This document shows, piece by piece, positions 50,721 through 61,576 of a DNA stretch of 64,000 bases. The DNA comes from Camelus dromedarius (Eukaryota), in NCBI RefSeq assembly GCF_036321535.1, contig NC_087469.1:13392001-13456000 (forward strand), in the 5' to 3' direction. The notes under the pieces were generated by a model, which saw nothing but the letters and a program-made list of their open reading frames with translations, was not told the origin of the DNA and did no database searches. The translations under genes and the position numbers were made by a program. Positions within the stretch are counted from its first letter, which is position 1. Every line of letters starts with the position of its first letter.

Positions 50721-50955
50721 TTATTTTTAATAAACTATTCTCCGATGGGATGATTTAAAGCCACTTTACATCTTTATAATCTTCCTTTGAACGTATTTAG
50801 GTTATTAATGTCGTTTGTCAGGTACACTTGCTAAAAGAACACATAACGTGATAATTAAATAATTGCTTATTATTTATTACATAGCTTCTCAGTTTGACCA
50901 GTGTTCACACCTTGGAGATCTGTGTTCTCTTTTGAAGTCCAATGTTCTAACAGAG

Positions 50956-51888
50956 ATGAGGAATGCCTCGGTGGTGACCGCGTTTATTCTGCTGGGCATC
51001 CCGCACACACACGGCCTGGAGGCCACGCTCTTTGTCCTGTTTCTGTCCTTCTACGTCCTCACGCTTATAGGCAACCTGCTCATCCTACTGGCGATTGTCT
51101 CCTCCTCTCGGCTTCACACCCCCATGTACTTCTTCCTGTGTAAACTCTCTGTGTGTGACATATTTTTTCCTTCCGTGAGTTCCCCCAAGATGCTCTTCTA
51201 CCTCTCAGGGAACAGCCGAGCCGTCTCCTATGCAGGCTGCGTGTCCCAGCTCTTCTTCTACCATTTCCTGGGCTGCACAGAGTGCTTCCTGTACACGGTG
51301 ATGGCTTACGACCGCTTTGTGGCCGTATGTCACCCTCTGCGCTACACGATAATCATGAGTCACAGAGCGTGTGCCATCCTGGCCATGGGGACCTCACTTT
51401 TTGGCTGCGTTCAGGCCACCTTTCTAACTACTCTCACCTTCCAGCTGCCCTACTGCGGCCCCAACGAGGTGGACTATTACTTCTGTGACATCCCAGTGAT
51501 GCTGAAGCTGGCTTGTGCAGACACCTCGGCCCTGGAGATGGTGGGGCTCATCAGTGTGGGCCTCATGCCCCTCACCTGCTTCCTCCTCATCCTCACCTCC
51601 TACTGTCGCATCGTCTACTCCATCCTGCAGATCCGCTCTGCAGAGGGCCGGCGACGCACCTTCTCCACCTGCAGTGCCCACCTCACTGCCATCCTTCTCT
51701 CTTTTATGCCAGTGGTTCTCATCTACCTGCAGCCTACCCCTAACCCCTGGCTTAATGCAACTGTTCAGGTTCTGAATAACCTGGTCACCCCCATGCTGAA
51801 CCCCTTAATCTACAGCCTGAGAAATAAGGAAGTGAAATACTCTCTGAGGAAGCTGCTACAGCACCTGGCCTTCCTTCCTAAGAAGTGA
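50956..51888 (+). CDS. Olfactory receptor, OR10D subfamily (OR10D5/OR10D4-type 3' end, OR10D1-identical 5' part), intact, 310 aa
   Basis: ATG at 50956 follows a splice acceptor, and all OR motifs are present except AFSTC, which reads TFSTC. Codons 1-243 are nearly identical to the 17289 gene; the 3' part is distinct (LLSFMPVVLIYLQPTPNPWLN...LPKK). AATAAA at 52077. Confidence 0.88.
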   Translation: MRNASVVTAFILLGIPHTHGLEATLFVLFLSFYVLTLIGNLLILLAIVSSSRLHTPMYFFLCKLSVCDIFFPSVSSPKMLFYLSGNSRAVSYAGCVSQLFFYHFLGCTECFLYTVMAYDRFVAVCHPLRYTIIMSHRACAILAMGTSLFGCVQATFLTTLTFQLPYCGPNEVDYYFCDIPVMLKLACADTSALEMVGLISVGLMPLTCFLLILTSYCRIVYSILQIRSAEGRRRTFSTCSAHLTAILLSFMPVVLIYLQPTPNPWLNATVQVLNNLVTPMLNPLIYSLRNKEVKYSLRKLLQHLAFLPKK

Positions 51889-52790
51889 TGACATCAGAAG
51901 CTACACTTGAATAGCACCACATTGCTTACAGATGGAATTTGCACAGATATTGTCACTGCTCCCTTTTATAGATGAAGAAGCTAAGATTTGAAGGTATGAA
52001 GTGGATTGCTCAAGGTCACATAACTAATAAATTATCCTACTCAGGAGGAAAAAAATCTCTTCCCAGTTGGCAACAGAATAAAACAAAACAAAACAGAAAC
52101 CTAGACCTTCTGTCCTTCCCTCTTTGTTTTCCTCTCCTCCTCCATCCTCTCCTCATCCCTTCTCCCTTACCCTAGCACTTCCTCATCTTGGCTGGCATGA
52201 TTATATAATGAACCCCTCAAATGCCTGCAGCAGATAAGCTCTCATTTCATGCTCTATGATTTGTTGATAAATGAGAGAATTTCAGCCATGACTTCTGGTG
52301 CCATTCCTTGACTTTTGAAATGAAAAGACTTTGTGTAAAGGAAAAGGACTTTGGGACGAGACCTCAGGTAGGTGTCTTAATGCGTGAATCACAGGTATCA
52401 ATGTGCTCTATCACCCAAAATCTTGTCTGATGGTCTTAAACCTGAAAGCAAGACTTGACTGGGAGCCAAAGCAATGGATGAAAGAGATGAAGAAGGTAGA
52501 CCAGGAAAGTCTGCAAAGGGGTGACTAATTCTGTTGTTTTTCAGTATTAAAAATTTCAGTTTGTCTTTAGAATCACGAAGTACAACCAGGGGTCAATGCA
52601 AAATCTAAGCTGCTATTGTTCTGTGGTTTTAGATACTCTTTTAACCAAAAAGCTGTGACTTTAATGCTGTCCCACTAACTTTCCTTTGTTCTTTTGCCTA
52701 ATGAGCTCAGCCTGAGATATATGCTATTCCAATCCAGACAGAAATTTCAAGGGAAAAAAAAAGACCGTGAAAAGGGGAAGATGAGAAAAC

Positions 52791-52900
52791 GATAGGAAGA
52801 GAGAGGATGGGAAGAGAAAGGGAGGATGGGAAAAGAAAGGGATGATGGGAAGAGAAGGGGGTGATGGGAAAAGAATGGGATGATAGGAAGAGAAGGGCAA
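52791..52900. repeat. Purine-rich minisatellite, 19-nt unit GATGGGAAGAGAAAGGGAT, about 5.5 copies
   Basis: gatgggaagagaaagggag|gatgggaaaagaaagggat|gatgggaagagaagggggt|gatgggaaaagaatgggat|gataggaagagaagggcaa. Confidence 0.85.
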
Positions 52901-53330
52901 GAGGTAGAGGCTATTCTGCAATCTGCTTATTTATTTTCAGGATCAGGGTTTTAGTTGGGGAATCTGCTGCAGTGAACTAGTCACAACATTGTTTTAGGGG
53001 CTTATGTCAGGCTGATAAGACAATGCATGTTTTTGAAGAAAGGAACATTTTTTTCCTGCTCACTTCTCTTAAACTCTGTGCCTTTATTCTCTCTATTAGA
53101 AATGCTCCTTCCTGCTTCTTCATCTGAACAAACTCATCTGTATGATTAAAGACCCAGTTAAAATATCATTATCTGTGTGAAACCTTCCTTATCCTAAGTT
53201 AGCCAGGTTCTCAATTCTTTCTGTTTTGAATCAGACTTTACAAAATCATCACTCCATTGTGCTAGAATAAGTTTTGGCAAAGCATTTTCCAAGAGTAAAA
53301 GTGCAGGAAGTTCAGGAAGGGTCAAGACCG

Positions 53331-53337
53331 AAAAAAA

Positions 53338-53369
<32 letters not shown>

Positions 53370-53379
53370 AAAAAGAAAA
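53331..53379. repeat. PolyA/(GAAAA)n simple repeat
   Basis: Direct reading. Confidence 0.9.
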
Positions 53380-53599
53380 ATCAGTTGCGGACTGGCTGTA
53401 CAGAATTGACAGTTCTTTGTCTGTTAAACAGATGAAGTTCTAAATTTCAGATGAGTTTTCCGGGTGTTTTGTTGTTGTTGTTGTTTATGATGCAGAATCT
53501 CAGAATGCTCGTATCTGTCAGTTATTTCATACTTACCAGTTATCTCCAGAGTCATAAGGGCAGATTCAGATTGATCTTCTGGCCCTTGGAATTTCAGTG

Positions 53600-56500
53600 G
53601 TAGTCACAGCCCTTTATTTTATTGCAAGGACCTCCAATACAATATTGAGTATAACTGATAAAAGTAGGTGTCTTTGCCTTGTCCCTAATTTTCAGGGCAA
53701 CACCTTCAAAATTTCCACATTAAATATGATGCTAGTAGTTGATTTTTCTTAAGTGCCCTTTATTAAACTAAAAAAATTTCCATCTCATTATGATTTACTT
53801 GGTGTCTTTGTCATGAATATCATGATGTGAAAATGTCTTCAATTTTGTTAATCATTTTTTCTACATCTATTGACATGGTTAGATTTCTTTTTCATTTAAT
53901 TTGTTAAGGTAGTGAATATATTGTCTGTTTTCAAATATTTCAAATGTTCAAATGAACATTTCTAGAGTAAACCCACTTGGTCATTGTATATTATACCTTT
54001 TAGATATTGCTGGATTCAATACACTAGTCTTTTGTTGAGGATTTTCACATCTCTATACATATTGTACATTGATCTATAATCTTCTTTTGAAATATCCTGT
54101 CTGGTTTTGGAACAGAGTAATGCTGGTCTCACAAAACTAAGCTGGAAAATGTTCCTTCATCTACTATTTTCTTAAATAGTTATCTTAAGATTTAATATTT
54201 CTTCTTTAAAAGTTTGAAAGTATTCACAGACAAAATCATGTGAGTAGGAGATTTCTTAGGCAGAAGTTTTATAATTACAAATTCAAAATGTTTATGAGAC
54301 TAGGACTATTAAGTTCATCTATTTATTATTATATCTGTAGAGTAAATTCCGTATATTTAAGGAATTGCAGCATATTGTCGATAGCTATTGGTAGATGGTA
54401 GTGTGGAAGACTGGGAGCTGGACTGACCCAAGATCAGCTCAACTTTCTTAAACTTACAGCTTAGTCACCTCAGCTTAACACACTTGGTGGAGTCTAAATA
54501 ACCAACCCTCACTTTGGCTGTGAAATATAGGAAAGATGTCACACGCTCTGGGGAAAAATCAGTTCTTTTATGCAATGTCTGATATGCCTGCCTCATAAAA
54601 AAGTGTGTGTGTGTATGTGCGTGTGTGTCATGAGAAAGGGCAAGAAAATCTTCTATTCAAAGAAAAAGATCACCAAGAATTAACCCAGAGAGAAGCTGTA
54701 TATTAGAACTACCAGAAAAGGATATTCAAATATCTATTATAAATATATTCATGAATTCACAGGAAATACAGGTGAACCAATAAAGAATTCTCAAAAATAC
54801 ACATATATTTATATAACTTCACCTTTACTCGTAGGATTCCTGTCTTCTTTCAATTTTGGAAAATCATCATCAACTATCTTTTCAGATTTAGTACTGTGTA
54901 CCAGATCTTCCCTCCATTCCCTTCTTCTGAAACCGCTATTGGATTAAAAGTGAAGGCTCACAGTCTGTCTTCTCTTTCAGCCGCTTTTTTGTTTTCACAT
55001 CATGCTTTCTCTCTTTGATGCATGGATGAATCCTCAGTACTCATTTTTCTGATTCTTTAATTCCTCAGTGGTAACTTCTAGTTCACTAATTAGATTTTTA
55101 GCTATGTCCAATCTAGATTTATGTCAAATATTAAAAATTTTTTATTTCAATAACTATATTTTTACCTCCAGGTATAATTGGATTTTGTTTCATTTTTTCT
55201 AGTTTTTCATTTTTTAATGGAAGTTTTGTATTTATATATCTTAACAACTGATATGTTTACTTTAAAATCTCATTGAGTATAAATAAACTAAAATGAAATT
55301 CTAAAAGATATCAGTCACCCACAGGAAGTCAAGAGAGTGAACCAGAGAAAAAAGAAACAGGAAGAAAAAAATAATAAAATGGTAGATGTAAGCCCTAACA
55401 TGCCAATAACTGGATTATTATAAATGATTTAACTTACCAATGACCCACTGAATTGCTAAAAACCAACTCTGTCTATAAGAAACTCACTTCAAATAGAGTA
55501 ACATAAATAGGTGAAAGTAAAAGGATGAAAAAATATATACCATGCAAGCATTAACATTGAAACATTAGAAGTGGATATATTAATATCAGATAAAGTACAC
55601 TTCAGAGCAGTAAGGCAAAACCACAACAACATCAAATTAATAAAGTTCATCTAGTCCAGAAAGGAAAAAGCAAAACTTCTTAATGATACATAATTGTCTG
55701 TGAAGAAAAACCATCGAATCTACTCTTATGTCAGAGCTATATAAATACCAGTTGAGTTTAGCGAGATTTTAAGAAACAAGATCAATTTACAAACATTTAT
55801 CATTTTCAATACATTATCAATAAACATTCAAAAATTTAATTTAAAAATACCATTTGCAAAAGCACAAAACATATAACATTCTTAGTGATAAAGCTGGCAA
55901 AATACATGTAAGATCTTTATAAGCAAAACCCATTATTGAGAGAAATTTTTTAAAACTTCTTGAATATCCTGTGTTTCTGAAGCAAAAGACTCATTATTAA
56001 GATGACAGTTTTTCTCAGATTTATTCATAGACTCAATATAATCCCATTCAAAATCCCATCAGGCATTTTGTGAAGATTGGTAAGATATTTCTAGAATTCA
56101 TAAGAAAATACTCAAGTCTCAGAATAGAAAAAACAACTTTGATAATGAAGAATGATGTTGGAAGATGTATACTATAATCTTTAAAACATATTGTGAAGAT
56201 ACAACTAACAAAACAGCATGATTTAGGCATCAAGATAGACAAACAGATCAGTAAAGAAAGACAGAGCGTTCAAAGTAGACCCACACAAAGATGGTCAATT
56301 GATCTCAACAGAGTTAGGCCATCTGATGGTGCTAGAAAAATTGGCCATCATATAGCAAACAAACAAGCAAACATAAACAGAGAGACAAAGAGAAAGAAAA
56401 ACTATAGATATATACAAAACAAACCATGAGTGACTCTCCAAATATGCTGAATTAAAGAAGCTAAGCAAAGAGTCCATACTATATAGTTCTGTTAAGTATA

Positions 56501-56720
56501 AAACTCTTGAAGCAAACCCATCTACAGTGAATGAAAATGGATCCATGGTTGTCTGGGAAGAAGGCTGAGATGGAGGGATTACAAAGTGGAGTGGATATGA
56601 TCATTTTATTAATTTTGGTGATGCTTTTATGGGTAAATATGTCAAATTTACCTAATTACACATTTTAAATGTGCGATTTATTGTATGTCAATCATTCCTC
56701 AACAAAGCTGCTAAAATTTT
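53600..56720. mobile_element. Mosaic of old L1ME-type fragments in both orientations
   Basis: Antisense ORF2 at 53600-54360 (agagtaaacccacttggtcattgtata). Sense ORF2 and 3' pieces at 55260-56720 (ggatatattaatatcagataaagtacacttcagagc; catgagtgactctccaaatatgctgaattaaagaagc). Confidence 0.8.
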
Positions 56721-57099
56721 GACACACAAACGAACAGACAATTCACCATAGTTTATACTGGCTAAAAGTCACATATTTGAAGTGAGGACCGACCTGGATA
56801 AGCGTATGGACATACACTTTCCATAGGCCTGGAATACTCTTAAGAAAATGCCTTGGAGCCCAGGTTATAACTCCTTAAATCACAGGAAGATCAAAGTTCA
56901 CTTATCCTTTTTCTCCACGTGTAATCCACCAAATCGTCTAGATGGCTTAAGGATAAGAAGCTTTTTCCCTGTTTGGAGATGATGGGATGGGTTTGGCTGC
57001 GTTATAGAAAAATTTAAATGCTAAGGACAATTCAGTATTATTTTGTGGTTTTGATAAAACAATTTAATTTTAACATGGTGTCCAAAGTTTTATATTTAT

Positions 57100-57611
57100 T
57101 ATGGAATCATTATTAAACTTCTTAACACTAAGGGGGAAAAAAGGTCGCCATTTGTTTTAAATACTCCAGGGATCAAGAAGAATGCCTCTATATTGCCAAC
57201 AAATAGACACTTTGTAATTGTTTCTTCCCTACAGAGTCCAACAACTGGGATGACAAGCCCCTAAGGGAAACTTGTGCTTCCAATCATCTGCTTCAGGTCC
57301 AAACAGATCCCAATAAAATTGTCCTTCAGTAACAGAGGACTAAGGGTCAGTAGGGTTACTTTCCTTGTTCTGCTTAGTTGGTTTAAGCTAATAACCCTTA
57401 TCAACACTCCTTGAATTCTTATGCAGAATCAACTCCATGATTTTGCGAGACTCAGAAAGATTCTAGGCCATTAGTGTTTGATGATAAAATTATCGTGTGT
57501 GTGCGCGTGCGCACACACACGAGGGTGTACATGCAGGCACTATGTGAGACCAAAGCTAAAACTCATATGAGACCAACAGCACTTTACTGAAGTGGTAATA
57601 TTCAGGTAAGT
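57100..57611 (+). promoter_or_regulatory. Candidate promoter and first exon of the OR8B/8C-like gene
   Basis: O/E-type CTCCAGGGA (57164-57172) and CCCCTAAGGGA (57258-57268), TAATTG at 57215, consensus CAG|GTAAGT donor at 57606, acceptor tgctcacAG at 61558-61559. Confidence 0.45.
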
Positions 57612-59074
57612 CATAAAATTCTATCTACCTTTGATAACATATTGTCATTGAAAGTGAATTTTGAAGACTTAAAAATTCTTATCACCCATGCTCATTATCG
57701 ATAAGACTGAACAGGAAGGCACTGTCTGCTTCATGACAGGTGGGCAAAAAGTGTGCAATGCAGGGAGACCATTTCTCCTTCCACTAGTTCTGCATCTGTT
57801 CCTCTGACCTCATAGTCCTGAGTTTCTTCCCCAAGTCCAGTCATATTAATAATATTCTCATTTATAGTGAACTTGGAAATTTATAGAGCATTCTCACATG
57901 CATCAATAATGTAATATTACAAAGCTTAGTGAAGTTGGGGATTCCTCTTTTACTAAAAGGACAGTGGCATTAACCTACTATCCAGCCTACTAGTATTTTT
58001 TTTTTTTTTGCCTTAGAAGTTTGTCAATAACCTCTTACATGCACATATATATTCCCAAAGTGGGTGAGATTTATCAATGGGTCAACTTATGAATAAAAAC
58101 TCAAGCACCTGACACATAGCCCAATTCAGAAACTGCTATTTTCAGGGTCAGAAATGATGTCCTTCCCCACTTTATGCTTTTCAAACAGTGGATTTACAAA
58201 GTTAATCTTAAAAATGAAATGAATGAATTCCATCATTGTCTCTGACATGTTTATTCACTTATTCCGCATGCTTTTGTCTCTTGGTTGTAATACTAGTGTG
58301 AGAACTTTTATTAAATTAGATACTTCTAACTGACAAATACTAAATGTTTCTTTTTTGAGGCTTAAGCATCCCGATTCTCAAACTTCTTCAAACACCCATT
58401 CTCAGAGACGGAGTCACCCAAACTTCTATTACATCAGGAGATGTTAAAGGCTCTTTGTATCTAATACTTTGTGATAAAAAACAAAGATCAAACTATTTTA
58501 TTCAAGTCATACTCCACACAGGTATGTTTTTACTATTACCTGAAGTGTGTCAAATTTATAACCGCACTGAATTAAATCTTGTCCCAGTTTTGGTACTCCT
58601 CGTGTAGATTTGTCTAAGAGAAGACAGAAATGTAAGGAATGTGAACGCAACCAAAGCAAAGACAAAAAATGAAAGAAAATACAGGAAATTTTGTGTAAAT
58701 ATAGGATACTGTCTGGGGGTGTTGCTTTATTTGAAGATTGAACACTTTAGGAATAGGAGGTGTGCAGAAGTCAATACATAGGTAGAATCTGAAGGAAGAG
58801 AGAAAAGGGAATGAATACGGTTCAGGGTCTCTACGAGGGCCTAGATTCTGTGCCAGATGTTTCCAATTCATTGTAACAGATGCTCTGTTGGACTACTGCT
58901 CTAGATACACAGCAGTAGGGAGTAAAGGTGAAGAGGAATAGAAAAAGAATGGAGAAGAGGCTCTAAAAATCTCAATGTCTAGCTCAATATCTGGTAATAA
59001 TAAAAATGACCAAGCCAAAATTTATGGCTAACTTTTTACATGCCAGGCACTGTTTTAATGTTTGTACACATCAT

Positions 59075-59790
59075 ACCTAGGTGATCTCATCCAGTTCTTG
59101 GTTTTTAGTATCCTATGCGCATTAATTATTCAGAAAACAATGTCCAAGCCAGACCTCTCCTCTGAACTCCAAACACATATAGCCAATCTCCTATTCAGCA
59201 TATCCATTTGATCATATTATAGACATCAAAATTAAAATGTGCAGAACAGAAACACCTCCAAAAACTGCTTCTCCAACACCACCACTGATCCAATCTCAGA
59301 ACAATATCCTGGATGCCATCCCTGCCACTCTTGCTCAGATTTCCTTAGCCAACTTGTAAGCAAATGTCATCCAGACTAGGTTTTTCTCAATAATTTTAAC
59401 ATCTCCATCATTACCAGGCTGACCCCAGCAATCCTCTCTCAATGGAAGCACACTGTGTTTCCTGATTTCATGAATCTACTTCTACACTCCATAATAAACA
59501 TTCATGACAAAGTAACCAAAGCCTGAGAGATCCTTCTAAACATGCATTTGAATGTGTAATACTCCACTTCCTGCAAACTCTCCAACATTGCCCCATCAAA
59601 CCCAAAATTAAGAGTCACAGCTTTTACCAAGTTCTGCATCTGGCGCAGAGCCTCCACTTACCATTGTCTTCCTGGCTCCATCTGGTCCAGCCACACTGGC
59701 CTTCTGGCGTTTCTCCAACATGCCAAGCATGCTCTGTCTCAGAGCCTTTACACCTGACGTTCCCTCTGCACTGAACAAGCTTCTCCCAGA
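59075..59790 (+). mobile_element. L2 LINE
   Basis: ggtgatctcatccagttcttgg...ccagacctctcctctgaactccaaacacatatagcc...ccagccacactggccttc. Confidence 0.88.
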
Positions 59791-59794
59791 GTTT

Positions 59795-60090
59795 TACCTA
59801 GACATAAATGACATATAACATTGTATTAGTTTTAGGTGTACACCATGATGATTTGATATATGCATATATTACAAAATTATTCTTGCACTAAGTTTATTTA
59901 ACACCTGTCACCTCACCTAGTTACAATTTGTTTCTTGTCATGAGAGCCTTTAAAACCTACTCGCTTAGCAACTTTCAAATATATGCTACAGCATTGCTAA
60001 CTATAGTCACCACGTTGTACGTTATACCCTCAGGACTATTATCTTACAACCGAAGGTTTGTGCCTTTTGACACCTTCACCCACTTTGCCA
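59795..60090 (-). mobile_element. L1MA-type (laurasiatherian) 3' end
   Basis: taacattgtattagttttaggtgtacaccatgatgatttgatat...ttagcaactttcaaatatat...actatagtcaccacgttgtac. Confidence 0.85.
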
Positions 60091-60123
60091 GTCTTTATAC
60101 AAACACTGGCAGGGCTGCTCCTC

Positions 60124-60480
60124 TGCTGGTTCACAAACTGGCTCCCATACACAGAGGACAAGGAGAGACTGAGGAAAGAGGCAGACCACCTCCGACTGGT
60201 AGGTGGCAGGTTTAATAAGCTACGAGGCTTGTCTTGAGTGGCCATGTGGCAATAGATCCTCACACTCACCAAAAAGAATCTTGAAAGTTTATATAGGGTC
60301 TTAACAGGGTTCAGTCACATATGCTGTCCAAATGGTCTCCATCACACATTGCTCTCTAAAGGCTGCATCCTTGAAAATGGCTCCCACTGTGGGAATCATG
60401 GGCAGAACATACATTCCAAGGACAGGCAAGGGGGTGAGGGACCTCTGAGTGCCTGGGTGAAGCTTGCAGGTCAACCAGTG
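60124..60480 (-). mobile_element. ERV1-type LTR
   Basis: On the minus strand: TATATAAA, then ATTAAA, then a ...gtttgtgaaccagCA terminus. Confidence 0.65.
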
Positions 60481-61576
60481 GTGCCCTTCTCCCGATGACC
60501 TCCTTCAAGAGTCCCTCACTTCATTCAGGACTCAGCTCACGTGTCACCTCTCTGGAGTGTACTCCTTGACTGCCCTCTCTAATTTCCAACCCCTTTCCTT
60601 ACGCGGCTTTATTTTCTTCAGGTATTTCTCATTGCTTGACTCTAAGTTCTGTATCTATTTCTTTGTTGGTTTACTGACACACCTACATGGTAGAATGTAA
60701 GCGTTATGAGAGTAGCAATTTGTCTTATTGAGTATTGTATTTTTAGCATGTCACTATTTTTACAGAAAAATGTGTGTGAGTGTACATGCACAAATATTTC
60801 CTTTCTGTTTTTCCACCTTAACGGTACTGAAGGGACAACACAGTTCGTGTTTTCCTTGTTTGAGATGGAAGACTGAGGACCTAAGACATGACACTTTCTT
60901 TCCCATTTTTGCAGACCTAACACTAGGGTGAATCTTGCAGAGAAATCCGTTTGAGGGGAGAGCAGGGAGTGTTCAGAATCATTCAGGGGATGGAGTTTCT
61001 CAGTCAGTAGGTTCCCTCTCCTTGGATGGAATGCTCATTCTGCTCATTTATAGCTTTTACTCTGTGACTTTGGCCCCTTTCCTAGACTTTGGTTCCTTCC
61101 CCTCTTTTCTGATTAGAAACAATCTTCTTGGCTTCTACCCCATCAGGAATAATCTGCATCACAGTCAAGCACCAGGCTTTTGGGGTTGCTGCCTCCGGTT
61201 TTACTGGAGAGGGAGGGTCCAGGGGATTGAAGAAACGGTGAAATGAGAGAAGGAAAATTCTGTCCTGGTCCAAACTTCTTTTCCCTACTCCTTTCGGTTT
61301 TTCCAATAGTTACATCTGCACATGGCAGCAGCTTCCTTCACTCCACAGGTCAAATTTTGATGCTTTATGCTACTTAGCTTAGAAAGACTTTAAAAGGGAA
61401 AGTTCATGCCACTCTTTTTCATGTTAACGGTAGAGAAATTCTGTGAGCCCAGGTTGAGCTAGTATCAGTCATTCCCAGCACACACATCACACTGTATGAG
61501 AAAATGTTATGGGAAAGGGAGTTTGTCCTCTGTGTAACCCTTTTCTCCTGTGCTCACAGATGTCCTCAGAGAGAGG

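Noticed and set aside
50863-50955. 31-aa N-terminal extension of the 341-aa ORF
   Set aside because: It starts at a non-ATG codon and lies upstream of a splice acceptor (ttctaacAG) 2 nt before ATG 50956, so it is intronic. The paralog begins at the equivalent ATG.
53331-53379. Orphan polyA as a possible retrocopy tail
   Set aside because: No upstream SINE, L1 or mRNA body and no TSD found, so treated as a simple repeat.
61550-61576. 9-aa N-terminal extension of the OR8 ORF
   Set aside because: It has a non-ATG start spanning the acceptor at 61558-61559. MAPGNGS is the typical start.
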